Virus record (IMG/VR): IMGVR_UViG_3300046820_001270
Location: 96,001 to 160,000 of that record
Direction: 5' to 3' (one strand)
Source: a virus
Lineage: Duplodnaviria > Caudoviricetes
Length of the DNA stretch: 64,000 nt
A program made the position numbers and the translations under genes. Shown piece after piece: positions 1 to 9,151 of the stretch; positions within the stretch are counted from its first letter, which is position 1, and each line of letters begins with the position of its first letter. The notes below the pieces were generated by a model, which saw only the letters and a program-made list of their open reading frames with translations, was not told the DNA's origin and made no database searches.

Positions 1-2
1 TA

Positions 3-275
3 CATAACTACATATGGTTATGTGAACTTGGTATCCACCTTTGTTATGAATATACCCACAGATATGGGAAGACACATAAGTCCTATGATGTGATCTTGTG
101 GTGTTGTGATAACCACCCTAAAATACCCGATATTAAATTTACCCCACCACCAATGGCTATGCCTGACGAGTATAGAGGGGTGAATACTATACAATCTTAT
201 AGAAATTACTATATGGGTGAGAAAAGATTGTTCTGCACTTGGAAGAATAGAGACATCCCAAGTTGGTTTAATTAA
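3..275 (+). CDS. 5'-truncated pyrimidine-dimer DNA glycosylase / T4 endonuclease V-like phage protein (C-terminal part)
   Basis: Frame is open from base 3 (HNYIWLCELGIHLCYEYTHRYGKTHKSY...PPPMAMPDEYR...YRNYYMGEK...W), upstream of the ORF-track start; motif pattern recalled for this family. Confidence 0.55.
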   Translation, partial: HNYIWLCELGIHLCYEYTHRYGKTHKSYDVILWCCDNHPKIPDIKFTPPPMAMPDEYRGVNTIQSYRNYYMGEKRLFCTWKNRDIPSWFN

Positions 276-286
276 TATAATCGGAG

Positions 287-294
287 TATTTATA
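287..294 (+). promoter_or_regulatory. TATTTATA putative phage late promoter (representative of about 17 copies)
   Basis: TATTTATA, or TATTTAT plus one variant base, lies about 5-30 nt upstream of starts at 316, 5176, 8441, 21481, 22862, 25160(-), 34898, 42162(-), 42540(-), 54812, 55374, 56179, 57016, 57781, 58338, 59600, 62096, 63426. Confidence 0.7.
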
Positions 295-315
295 TAGACA
301 TAGAAGTATACTCAA

Positions 316-1551
316 ATGAAAGAAATATCAAAGAAAGACTTATTAGTTCAATTAAGAGAACAAGGTGAAGTGGATGAGTTCGCTTATTCTAAAAAAGGAA
401 CACAGGACACATCTAATAAACTTGCGGCGTTCAGACCTATTTTTAGAGATGGGAATAATACAGATATACCTGATGGATGGGAACTTAAAAAGTTAAATAC
501 AATTGAAGACCCTAACACAGGTATAAAGAGAAAGGAACTTGTTCCTGGTAGTGAACGTATTTGGATCCCGTTGGATGGTATGGAATTGGAGGCTTTTAAA
601 GAGGCAAACCAAGAATGGTTAGATAGTTTAGCGGATCAATATGGAATGGAACCTGAATTGGTGGCAGCTAAAAAAGTTAAAGATCAACCAAGAAGTGGTA
701 AGGCGGGAACAACATATCAACATTCAGGTAATATTAAACCAGCAACTACTAAAATTAAAATAGAACTTAATCGTACAGTTGAAGAATACTTAGGTAATCC
801 TGAAGTATCGGCTCGTTTAGAAAGATTGAGTATCCCTGAGATTAAATCAAGAGATAGAAAACATTTAAATAGATATGGTAGAGTAGATAATGATCAAATC
901 AATTATCAAACACATACGTTCAATTCATACTTATCGTCAACTCAGTTTTTAAAGTTCGTAACAGCGAGAATTAGTGGTAAGAAATTAGAAGATGAATATA
1001 AATCATATCATTTGGCTCGTCAGTTTAACCAACAATACATGAATTGGGAAGAGACCAAGAAGAATAGCCAACAATATTTGGGTAAAACCCCGTCATATAT
1101 GTTGGACGCTTATGGTTTTGATGAGGCAAATTTGGATGTAACGGTTAGAATGGACTTATCAATTAAAGGACAACTACTTGATAATCAATATCTTTGGACT
1201 GTTAGATTTAAAACTAAATTCGGTAGAAAACTTAAGGAAGACAGATGGGTTAATAATGGTTTGGAATTAGATAGAGATGAAACAATTAGAAAGACCGCAG
1301 AATTGGAACCAGGAACTGAATTTAACGATAAAATGACGGTTATGGATAGTTTACCTATCAAGACCGCACTTATCGAAGCATTGGACGAATTAAAGGACAT
1401 GATTATGACCCAATTCAAACCAGTTGAGATGTTGAAGAAAGCTAACGTTAAACAATACGATATTACCAAGAAAAATAACGTTAATGAAAGTGTTAATGTA
1501 GCAAAACAAGTTATTAATAAAATTAATGATATAAAGAAACCAAAAAAATAA
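316..1551 (+). CDS. hypothetical phage protein (411 aa)
   Basis: Long ORF, TATTTATA upstream, terminator downstream. Confidence 0.85.
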   Translation: MKEISKKDLLVQLREQGEVDEFAYSKKGTQDTSNKLAAFRPIFRDGNNTDIPDGWELKKLNTIEDPNTGIKRKELVPGSERIWIPLDGMELEAFKEANQEWLDSLADQYGMEPELVAAKKVKDQPRSGKAGTTYQHSGNIKPATTKIKIELNRTVEEYLGNPEVSARLERLSIPEIKSRDRKHLNRYGRVDNDQINYQTHTFNSYLSSTQFLKFVTARISGKKLEDEYKSYHLARQFNQQYMNWEETKKNSQQYLGKTPSYMLDAYGFDEANLDVTVRMDLSIKGQLLDNQYLWTVRFKTKFGRKLKEDRWVNNGLELDRDETIRKTAELEPGTEFNDKMTVMDSLPIKTALIEALDELKDMIMTQFKPVEMLKKANVKQYDITKKNNVNESVNVAKQVINKINDIKKPKK

Positions 1552-1606
1552 AGAGCCCCTCCCTGGATAGTATCCTTGGATTGACACACGTACGTGTTTC
1601 GCCCTG

Positions 1607-1635
1607 ATCCCCACATTTCTGTGGGGATTTTTTTT
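1607..1635 (+). terminator. intrinsic terminator
   Basis: ATCCCCAC-ATTTCT-GTGGGGAT hairpin followed by T-tract. Confidence 0.8.
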
Positions 1636-1687
1636 GTACGAATTTTTATTTGTCATTATATTTTGTTATATTTTATTTAATAAATAA

Positions 1688-2503
1688 ATGATAATTAAAA
1701 TGATAAACATTGATACCACATTAATTCACAAAGAAAACTTATTCAATCAATTAGAAGACTCCCTAATTGAAAAGGAAAGTTTTAGTGATCAATATGAAAG
1801 AGTTAGAAAGAAAAGAATATGGGAACAAGAAGAATCTACAGTAAATATTTTAAAAAAATTTATTAATAATGAAATTGACTTATCTGATAAGGAAATTTGG
1901 GATAGTTTAAGGAGTGGAATTTGCAGATATTCTGAACAAAATGATTTAGAACCAATTCAATTTGTTAAAACTTTAATAATAGAATATTATAAAAATATTG
2001 TATCGGCAAAATCACTAATATTAAGTTTAGGTAAGGACCCATCAAGACAAAATCTTTCAGAAGAATTACAAGAACAAACTTGGAAAGAAAATGGAATTAC
2101 TTTAAAAAAATTAACACAGAGTGGTAAAAAAAGTTTACATATTTATAATGGAGAGTGGGTTAAAGGAAAAGATTTAGTAGAAAACGATAAAGGATTAGCC
2201 ACGAAGGCAATGGACTTTAAAGTAGTTAGTTCGTTATATAACATAGTAACATATAATAAATATAATAAATGGATTGGTGGTTCTACTAAAGATGTTTTTA
2301 ATGATGTAAATAAAACCATTGAAGATTTTAATTCAATTAAAAATAATGATACAAAATTATTAATTATTTTAGATGGAAAATATTGGGACGATGGATGTAG
2401 AAATTCTTTAATGAGATATAATAATAAAATGTTAATGATTACTTGTACTGACGATTGTGGATGTCAAGAAGTTATTGATTTTATAGGAATAAAAAAAGAT
2501 TAA
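1688..2503 (+). CDS. putative type II restriction endonuclease
   Basis: Immediately upstream (3 nt gap) of a DNA methyltransferase; C-terminal MDFK...KWIGGSTKDVFNDV...LLIILDGKYW resembles PD-(D/E)xK-type REases. Confidence 0.45.
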   Translation: MIIKMINIDTTLIHKENLFNQLEDSLIEKESFSDQYERVRKKRIWEQEESTVNILKKFINNEIDLSDKEIWDSLRSGICRYSEQNDLEPIQFVKTLIIEYYKNIVSAKSLILSLGKDPSRQNLSEELQEQTWKENGITLKKLTQSGKKSLHIYNGEWVKGKDLVENDKGLATKAMDFKVVSSLYNIVTYNKYNKWIGGSTKDVFNDVNKTIEDFNSIKNNDTKLLIILDGKYWDDGCRNSLMRYNNKMLMITCTDDCGCQEVIDFIGIKKD

Positions 2504-2506
2504 TTA

Positions 2507-3361
2507 ATGATAGAAAGTAATAAAATATACAATGAAAGTTGTTTAGAAACCATGTCAAAAATGGATAATGAATCTATTGATTTGGTACTAACATCACCAC
2601 CTTATGATGATTTAAGAACTTATAATAAATTCGTTACTGGTAATAAAACTGAATTTAACGGATACTCATTTCCATTTGAAGATATTGCTAAGGAATTATA
2701 TCGTATAACCAAACCAGGTGGAGTAGTAGTTTGGGTTGTTGGAGACGCAACAAATAAAGGATCAGAAACGGGAACGTCATTCAGGCAAGCTTTATTTTTT
2801 AAAGAATGTGGATTTGATTTATATGATACTATGATATATCAAAAAACAGGTACACCTTTTCCTCAGAAAGATAGGTACAATCAAATTTTTGAATATATGT
2901 TTGTATTTTCTAAAGGAAAACCAAAAACGTTTAATCCTGTTATGAAGAAAAATGTAACAGCGGGTGCTGTGAGAAATAGTAGAAAATTTAGAAATGCTGA
3001 AGGTGAAATGATTCCTGGTTTTAATGGAAAACCAGTAAATGAATGGGGGGTTGAGAATAATATTTGGGTAATAAGAAACGGTATGTATAAATCTAGTAAA
3101 GATATAGTAGCATTTGAACACCCTGCAATATTTCCCGAAGAATTAGCATTAAAACACATTATAAGTTGGACGACAGAAAATGACTTAGTTTATGATCCTT
3201 TTATGGGTAGTGGAACCACAGCTAAATGTTCAATTCAATTAAATAGAAATTGGATTGGTTCTGAAATTGATAATGATTATTATGAATTGATAAAAAAAAG
3301 AATGTTAAATGTTTCAAATGAAATGATAGATACTTTTATAACTAGAAAAGATTTAAAATAA
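2507..3361 (+). CDS. beta-class N4-C/N6-A DNA methyltransferase
   Basis: Motif IV TSPPY near N-terminus, HPAIFP, motif I YDPFMGSGTT near C-terminus. Confidence 0.92.
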   Translation: MIESNKIYNESCLETMSKMDNESIDLVLTSPPYDDLRTYNKFVTGNKTEFNGYSFPFEDIAKELYRITKPGGVVVWVVGDATNKGSETGTSFRQALFFKECGFDLYDTMIYQKTGTPFPQKDRYNQIFEYMFVFSKGKPKTFNPVMKKNVTAGAVRNSRKFRNAEGEMIPGFNGKPVNEWGVENNIWVIRNGMYKSSKDIVAFEHPAIFPEELALKHIISWTTENDLVYDPFMGSGTTAKCSIQLNRNWIGSEIDNDYYELIKKRMLNVSNEMIDTFITRKDLK

Positions 3362-3362
3362 T

Positions 3363-3393
3363 TTTGTATATTCAAAAACATTTCATATCTTTG
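3363..3393 (+). promoter_or_regulatory. Bacteroidota-type sigma70 promoter (-33 TTTG / -7 TATCTTTG)
   Basis: TTTG-N19-TATCTTTG just upstream of ATG 3399; similar -7 boxes before 5489, 8752, 22334, 25236, 26453, 27269, 38501. Confidence 0.7.
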
Positions 3394-3398
3394 TTGGT

Positions 3399-3812
3399 AT
3401 GAATATATTACTAATAATTTTTATAATATTGGTTTGGGTAACCTCATCTGTATATGTGATGTATTATCATAATAAACATTACACATTAGGTTTGGATATG
3501 GTAATAGGTGCAATATTGTTAGGTCCAATATTGGCTTTAATAGTAGGAAAGGATGTTGAAGAGAAGAAGAAATATTATGGGGTAATGGAACAGGAGAGTA
3601 ATAATAGACATAGAGGATGGTTTAGAACAATGGGGGAAATTAATAGACAACGAATGACAAGTTTTGGTAGATCCATTCCACCTCCACCACCGATATCACG
3701 AATTGCCCAAGCACAATCAGAGAGAGATGAAGCAGTTAGGTCGGCAATAGAAAGAATAGATAAAAATAAATTAAAAGACTTCAAATTTTTGAGGAGTAAT
3801 GTTAAAGATTGA
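3399..3812 (+). CDS. membrane protein with C-terminal DFKFL motif
   Basis: Two hydrophobic N-terminal segments; ends KLKDFKFLRSNVKD. Confidence 0.75.
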   Translation: MNILLIIFIILVWVTSSVYVMYYHNKHYTLGLDMVIGAILLGPILALIVGKDVEEKKKYYGVMEQESNNRHRGWFRTMGEINRQRMTSFGRSIPPPPPISRIAQAQSERDEAVRSAIERIDKNKLKDFKFLRSNVKD

Positions 3813-4452
3813 TAACGATAGAAAAGTATGGGTGACTTCGGACACACACTATTCACACACAAACATATGTCGTGGAATAACTAATTGGAGATTGCCTAAT
3901 GGTGATGTACCAGAGAAACAAACACGCCCATTTGAAACATTGGATAAGATGAATGCGTCAATTGTAAACAACATCAATGAGGTTGTTGGTCAGGATGATG
4001 TGTTGATACATTTTGGCGACTGGTCATTTGGTGGATTTGAAACTATTGAAGAACTTCGTAATAGAATATGGTGTAAAGAAATACATTTAATTTATGGGAA
4101 TCATGACCACCATCTGGTTAACAATAGAGATAACTGTCAGAAACTATTCACATCAACACAATGGTTCTTACAATTGAACTATATGGGTGAGACAATGGAA
4201 TGTATGCACTTTCCTATCCTGTCATGGAATGGACTGGGTAAGGGTCGTATACACCTTCACGGACATTCTCACCTCCCCAATGAAAAGAAAATATCATTTA
4301 GAAGAATGGATGTTGGTATGGATGGACACCCTGAATTTAGACCTTATGATTTACATAGGGAGATAATGAATCCAATGAAGAAACAACCAATAGGTTCTGA
4401 ACTTGGAGCTGACGAACATCATATTGATAAATTGAAAAATGTTGTAGGATAA
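3799..4452 (+). CDS. calcineurin-like metallophosphoesterase
   Basis: SDTH, HFGD, GNHD, GHSH motifs in canonical order. Confidence 0.9.
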   Translation: MLKIDNDRKVWVTSDTHYSHTNICRGITNWRLPNGDVPEKQTRPFETLDKMNASIVNNINEVVGQDDVLIHFGDWSFGGFETIEELRNRIWCKEIHLIYGNHDHHLVNNRDNCQKLFTSTQWFLQLNYMGETMECMHFPILSWNGLGKGRIHLHGHSHLPNEKKISFRRMDVGMDGHPEFRPYDLHREIMNPMKKQPIGSELGADEHHIDKLKNVVG

Positions 4453-4487
4453 TTTTTTTATATCATAATTTTTATTTATATTATACC

Positions 4488-4730
4488 ATGACTTTAGAAG
4501 AAATAATTGAAATGTTTCCTGAAGAGGAGTTCTTAACCGCAGATGGTTTTGATAGTGCTATCGTTGGCGTTGAACCAAATAGTATGAGATTAGTATATAA
4601 TCGTGATAAGATGATTGGTATACTAATTGCGGATGAGGAGATGGAAGAGATTGATGCAATAGAGTATTTGGAATATAATACTTGGAACGCTTATGTCGGT
4701 GAGAAGACACCAATTTTTATTGAAATTTAA
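4488..4730 (+). CDS. conserved hypothetical phage protein
   Basis: ADGFDSAIVGV...A.EY.EYN..AYVGE.TP pattern typical of phage hypotheticals. Confidence 0.75.
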   Translation: MTLEEIIEMFPEEEFLTADGFDSAIVGVEPNSMRLVYNRDKMIGILIADEEMEEIDAIEYLEYNTWNAYVGEKTPIFIEI

Positions 4731-4740
4731 AACAAAGTAT

Positions 4741-5022
4741 ATGGAACTATTTGGAATTATTTTATTGAGTGTCGGTCTTGTCTCAGGAGGGATTTTTTTA
4801 TGGATGGAGATAGGTATAACAAACGATAGACTACGATGGTTAGAAGAAAGATTAACCAAGTTAGAAAAGGATGCGGTTAAGATTACATTTACCCCAAAAC
4901 CAAATCCAAAAAAATTTGATGGAGTTAAAAGTGAAGAACCGTTTGTTAAAACTAGAACCAAACGCAAACCCAAATCAGTAAAAGATTGGGAAGATAATTA
5001 TGATTTAGGAGGACACGAATAA
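4741..5022 (+). CDS. hypothetical membrane-anchored protein
   Basis: Start re-called at MELFGIILL; N-terminal TM then coiled coil. Confidence 0.7.
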   Translation: MELFGIILLSVGLVSGGIFLWMEIGITNDRLRWLEERLTKLEKDAVKITFTPKPNPKKFDGVKSEEPFVKTRTKRKPKSVKDWEDNYDLGGHE

Positions 5023-5048
5023 TGACCATTTTTGTTATATTTAATAAT

Positions 5049-5147
5049 ATGACAAAAAAACAAATTAAAGCCAAAAGTAGACTTAAAATGGGTAAGAAAA
5101 CCCGAAACCAAATGCAAAAAAAGGGAGTTCATATGAAGAAATCCTAA
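5049..5147 (+). CDS. small highly basic peptide (32 aa)
   Basis: MTKKQIKAKSRLKMGKKTRNQMQKKGVHMKKS; below ORF-track cutoff. Confidence 0.5.
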   Translation: MTKKQIKAKSRLKMGKKTRNQMQKKGVHMKKS

Positions 5148-5175
5148 TCCAAAGTATTTATATAAAAAGAAGATT

Positions 5176-5388
5176 ATGTCAAAAGTAGTAAAGATTAAAC
5201 AATCTGATATTGAAACTATCGTTGAAAATATCATTTCAGATAAAATGGACCAAGAGAACTCAATTGCGAAAGAAGAGGAAGTGTCTGAAAATCAAGGAGG
5301 TGGAGAACAATTCATGGTTGCCAAAAGTGAAGATGGAAAGTACGCCGTGATCAATATCAAGACAGGTGAAGTATTAGGAATGAAATAA
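5176..5388 (+). CDS. hypothetical protein with class-A leader
   Basis: MSKVVKIKQSDIETIVENIISD leader; TATTTATA upstream. Confidence 0.75.
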   Translation: MSKVVKIKQSDIETIVENIISDKMDQENSIAKEEEVSENQGGGEQFMVAKSEDGKYAVINIKTGEVLGMK

Positions 5389-5389
5389 G

Positions 5390-5409
5390 TTATCCACATA
5401 TTATACACA
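5390..5409 (+). promoter_or_regulatory. tandem DnaA-box matches
   Basis: TTATCCACA (5390-5398) and TTATACACA (5401-5409). Confidence 0.45.
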
Positions 5410-5414
5410 TTTAG

Positions 5415-5443
5415 AACCCCAAAAAATATTTTGGGGTTTTTTT
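5415..5443 (+). terminator. intrinsic terminator
   Basis: AACCCCAAAA...TTTTGGGGTT hairpin plus T-tract. Confidence 0.75.
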
Positions 5444-5488
5444 ATTATTTTCTTTGATATTCTAAAATATATTTTATATCTTTGTCGA

Positions 5489-5809
5489 ATGAGTTATATT
5501 ATAGGTAGTAAGTGTGTTAGTTGTATTGATGGAGCATGTCTAAAAGTGTGTCCTGTCGATTGTATTAACGGTCCGATCCATCCCGATGGGATGGGTAAAG
5601 AGTCTCTTGGAATGACTGATGAAGAGAAGGTGGGTAAACAGCTATATATTAACCCTGACGTGTGTATTGACTGTGGTGCGTGCGTTCCTGAGTGTCCTGT
5701 GGATGCCATCCACCCAACGGAAGTATGGGCAATAAAGGAAGGTGAGTTGGAATATGTCAATAAGAATTACGAATTTTACGGACAAACTTATAAACCTAGA
5801 ACAAAATGA
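5489..5809 (+). CDS. 4Fe-4S dicluster ferredoxin
   Basis: CVSCIDGACLKVCPVDCI and CIDCGACVPECPVDAI motifs. Confidence 0.92.
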   Translation: MSYIIGSKCVSCIDGACLKVCPVDCINGPIHPDGMGKESLGMTDEEKVGKQLYINPDVCIDCGACVPECPVDAIHPTEVWAIKEGELEYVNKNYEFYGQTYKPRTK

Positions 5810-5994
5810 AACTACTAACTTACTACAAAGGGCCAGAGATATTCTGGTTCCGGATCTTTGGGTATGGATTATCCTTTAGATCCTTTAAACACGGATTTGT
5901 ACCATTTTCAATAAGATATGGATATCGCAAAACATTTAAACTTTTCGGTTATCGAATTGAAATTTTAAAAAGAGACAAATGGCAAAGAGGATAA
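5806..5994 (+). CDS. hypothetical protein
   Basis: Overlapping start/stop with ferredoxin. Confidence 0.6.
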   Translation: MKLLTYYKGPEIFWFRIFGYGLSFRSFKHGFVPFSIRYGYRKTFKLFGYRIEILKRDKWQRG

Positions 5995-6112
5995 TCCAAA
6001 AAAAAATACTATATTACGAAACATTATTGACCGAAACAAAAGGATTTCTTAGGAGATTACAAATAAAGTTTTGGATGTACAATGAAAAGTGTAAATTAAA
6101 AAAATACAAATA

Positions 6113-6364
6113 ATGATTTTTATTTTAATCTATATCGTGGGATTTATCCTAACACTTACATTCCTTAAACTATATGGGAAGAAGATAGGATTTGATTATG
6201 ATCCACCACATGAAGGAGATTATGATGATTGGGAAGACAATGCACAAGCATATACTTTCTTTTCATTCTTTTGGATTGCATTTGTTCCAATGGCATCAAT
6301 TGTTGGATTGATTAGAGGTTTATATAAATTTACTCAATGGTTTTTAAAATACCCAAACGTTTAA
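6113..6364 (+). CDS. hypothetical membrane protein
   Basis: Two hydrophobic segments; operon-like spacing. Confidence 0.7.
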   Translation: MIFILIYIVGFILTLTFLKLYGKKIGFDYDPPHEGDYDDWEDNAQAYTFFSFFWIAFVPMASIVGLIRGLYKFTQWFLKYPNV

Positions 6365-6365
6365 T

Positions 6366-6569
6366 ATGACAATACTATTAATATACTGGATACTAACAAC
6401 AATATACGGAGTGTATTGGTTAGTTAAACACCCATCAGATAGAAGATGCGAGGATGAAAATGAATTTACATTATTGGAAGTTGTTGCTAAAACTGTTCCG
6501 GCGGCGATGATAGCTTGGGCGATCGTCCCAATGCTGTTATTAAATAAAGTTAAATTTAAAAGAAGATAA
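6366..6569 (+). CDS. hypothetical membrane protein
   Basis: Two hydrophobic segments; 1-nt gap to previous gene. Confidence 0.7.
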   Translation: MTILLIYWILTTIYGVYWLVKHPSDRRCEDENEFTLLEVVAKTVPAAMIAWAIVPMLLLNKVKFKRR

Positions 6570-6570
6570 T

Positions 6571-6720
6571 ATGAAAAAATACGAATACTTAGCGAGACCT
6601 TTACTAACACAAGATCATTTAAATACATTAGGTCAAGATGGGTGGGACTTAGTTTGTGTAAATCAAAACATATACATCTTTAAAAGAGAGATAGTTGAAC
6701 CTAAAACTAAAAAGAAATAA
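6571..6720 (+). CDS. DUF4177-like small protein
   Basis: MKKYEY...LNTLGQDGWDLV...YIFKR pattern; missed by ORF track. Confidence 0.65.
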   Translation: MKKYEYLARPLLTQDHLNTLGQDGWDLVCVNQNIYIFKREIVEPKTKKK

Positions 6721-6721
6721 T

Positions 6722-6967
6722 ATGGCAAAGGCAACATTAGAGTTTAATTTAGATGATCATGATGATGTGAAGGCACATTTAAGATGTGTTAAATCTACAA
6801 GTATGGCAATTGCATTATGGGAAATTACCCATAACACAAAGAAAGGATTAGAGTGGTCGATGGAAGGAAAAGAGATTGACAAATACGACGCATTGGAATT
6901 GGTATATGAAAAGATATATGAAATCTTAAACGATCATAACATTAAAACGGATGAATTAATTGATTAA
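6722..6967 (+). CDS. hypothetical phage protein
   Basis: Start re-called at MAKATLEFNLDD. Confidence 0.7.
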   Translation: MAKATLEFNLDDHDDVKAHLRCVKSTSMAIALWEITHNTKKGLEWSMEGKEIDKYDALELVYEKIYEILNDHNIKTDELID

Positions 6968-7018
6968 ATTTGGAATTACAAAAAAAAGTATTTATATTTT
7001 AGAATAAAACAATACACC

Positions 7019-8047
7019 ATGTCAAGAATTAAAGAGTTAAGAACCAACGAAGATTACAATTTAAATATTGTTTCTATTTTAGAAATGTTTAGTCCTGAGG
7101 GTAAATCAAAATATACGGAGACATTACTTCGTATGATGAAGAATACTCCTAATTTGAAAGAACACACTAAAGAAATTAAGTTAGTTCTTATGGAGAAGTT
7201 TCCATTCATGGAGAAGAGTAAGTTAGATATAATGAGCGACGTTCAAATAATGTTGATTTATAAATTTATTGATGGGTTCTTTAATTTCGAAGACTTACAG
7301 AAATATAGAAAGTTTTGTGAATACAACGAAAGAAATTTAATTGAAGAAAATGATTTAACAAAATACAAATCATTCGATCAGATGATTGCTGCGATGGGTG
7401 TTGCAGAGATGAAAGCGGAAGAGAAAGAATTAGAAACACAAGTAATTAAAATACACGAAGATAGTCAGTGGTTATTAATTAGACCATTAACATTTAAATC
7501 ATCTTGTAAGTACGGTGCAAATACTAAATGGTGTACCACTACTGAACATAATCCTGAATACTATAACAAGTATGCTAAAAGAGGAGTGTTAGTTTATTGT
7601 GTTAATAAGAAGAACGGTTATAAAGTTGCGGCGTTTTATTCATTAGATAAGAATGAACCTGAATTTTCATATTGGAATCAAAAAGATACCCGTATCGATT
7701 CAACTGATTCACAATTACCATTAGAATTGATTGGTTTTATTCGTGATTATGTTAAAGACCCTAAGGTAAAATCTAATTGGTCTATGTTAGATAGTAATGA
7801 TAGAAAAAAAGAATCAGGTGGTAGAAAAAGTGCAATTAGTGAGAGAGTAGCATCTGCGGTAAGAAGAGCACAAGAAGAGATTGAAGTACGAGAACCAATG
7901 GTTATGGAAGAATCTGTAATGGAACAACCTGAATTACCATTTTATGATCAAAGAAGTGATGAAACGGAAGAACCTGAAAGTTCAATTGATAGAATGCAAT
8001 GGATATCAACAATTCAAACTACAAACGATGGCGATAGACGCGGTTAA
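7019..8047 (+). CDS. conserved hypothetical phage protein
   Basis: PLTFKSSCKYGANTKWCTT...YY..Y...G.LVY motif common in large-phage hypotheticals. Confidence 0.8.
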   Translation: MSRIKELRTNEDYNLNIVSILEMFSPEGKSKYTETLLRMMKNTPNLKEHTKEIKLVLMEKFPFMEKSKLDIMSDVQIMLIYKFIDGFFNFEDLQKYRKFCEYNERNLIEENDLTKYKSFDQMIAAMGVAEMKAEEKELETQVIKIHEDSQWLLIRPLTFKSSCKYGANTKWCTTTEHNPEYYNKYAKRGVLVYCVNKKNGYKVAAFYSLDKNEPEFSYWNQKDTRIDSTDSQLPLELIGFIRDYVKDPKVKSNWSMLDSNDRKKESGGRKSAISERVASAVRRAQEEIEVREPMVMEESVMEQPELPFYDQRSDETEEPESSIDRMQWISTIQTTNDGDRRG

Positions 8048-8237
8048 GATTGATAAATTACAACAGAAATTAAAAAAACTCAAGGAGGATCTCCACTATT
8101 GGGAAGTGGAGTTCCAACCTTCGGGTAATATGGGTAAATGGGGTCGAAGTGTTCGTTTAAATAGTTTAAATGAAAAGATTGAAAAGACCCAATCTAAAAT
8201 AATGATTGAAATGAAAAAAGGATATTATGGAGAATAA
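8028..8237 (+). CDS. hypothetical coiled-coil protein
   Basis: Start re-called at MAIDAVKI. Confidence 0.6.
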   Translation: MAIDAVKIDKLQQKLKKLKEDLHYWEVEFQPSGNMGKWGRSVRLNSLNEKIEKTQSKIMIEMKKGYYGE

Positions 8238-8424
8238 AAATAAACCATCTAAATTAAAAAGAACAATACAAATTGGGTTTTTTACATTTATCGGAGCTTC
8301 GATAATTGGATACATGTTTTACCCAATTATAACCGGAATATTTGATATATTATTTGTTTGGTTTGTTTTCAAATGGTTAAAAAAAAGAGGGGTCATAGTT
8401 AATTTTCATAAAAAGAATAAATAA
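8227..8424 (+). CDS. hypothetical membrane protein
   Basis: Hydrophobic core; overlapping start. Confidence 0.6.
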   Translation: MENKNKPSKLKRTIQIGFFTFIGASIIGYMFYPIITGIFDILFVWFVFKWLKKRGVIVNFHKKNK

Positions 8425-8440
8425 ACGATATTTATAGACT

Positions 8441-8686
8441 ATGAAGGTTATTTTAACAGAAAGTCAATATACTCGTTTAATTGAAACCCAAAGTGAGGGT
8501 GAATGGGATAGTCAAAAGTTATATGAAAGGGAAAAAGTGGTTAAATTACTTAAAAAAGGACCTAAATACATAAGGGAATATATTAAAAAATTACCTCATA
8601 TTGAGGTACAAAATGACGAGGGAGACGTTAAAATAGCTACTCGTATACCTCAAACCATCCATCAATATTTATTTGGGAATTTCTAA
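8441..8686 (+). CDS. hypothetical protein with class-A leader
   Basis: MKVILTESQY leader; TATTTATA upstream. Confidence 0.75.
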   Translation: MKVILTESQYTRLIETQSEGEWDSQKLYEREKVVKLLKKGPKYIREYIKKLPHIEVQNDEGDVKIATRIPQTIHQYLFGNF

Positions 8687-8751
8687 AATATTTTAAAAAA
8701 TATTTGGAATATTCAAAAACCCCCCATATCTTTGTACCCTAAATTAAAAAT

Positions 8752-9150
8752 ATGGGTAAAAAAACAGTACGTCTTAGTCCTTATGTGTTCCCTGGATTAA
8801 AACTCACACAAAAAGAAAGAGAAGGTCTTAAAAATTCTCAAAGGTCATTAAGATACAAAATGTCTAAAGATGAGATCTTAGAAATCATTGCCGAAGAATG
8901 TTCAATCAAAGTAAGTGATATCGCTTCTAAAACAAGAAAGACAGAAGTGGTTAATGGTCGTTTTATTTTCTGTGGTGTTATGAAAGAATACTTTGGATAC
9001 TCATTAAAAAAGATCGGCGAATTTGTTGGGGGTAGAGATCATACAACTATTATTCATTCAATTAGAGAATATAAAAATAGATATCAAAACGAAGAACATT
9101 ATCGTTATATGGTAAACAACATTTATAACAAAATAGGTTTAACAAAATAA
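8752..9150 (+). CDS. stand-alone DnaA C-terminal (domain IV) helix-turn-helix protein
   Basis: SKTRKTEVVNGRFIF...YSLKKIGEFVGGRDHTTIIHS matches the DnaA signature; no AAA+ domain. Confidence 0.88.
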   Translation: MGKKTVRLSPYVFPGLKLTQKEREGLKNSQRSLRYKMSKDEILEIIAEECSIKVSDIASKTRKTEVVNGRFIFCGVMKEYFGYSLKKIGEFVGGRDHTTIIHSIREYKNRYQNEEHYRYMVNNIYNKIGLTK

Positions 9151-9151
9151 T

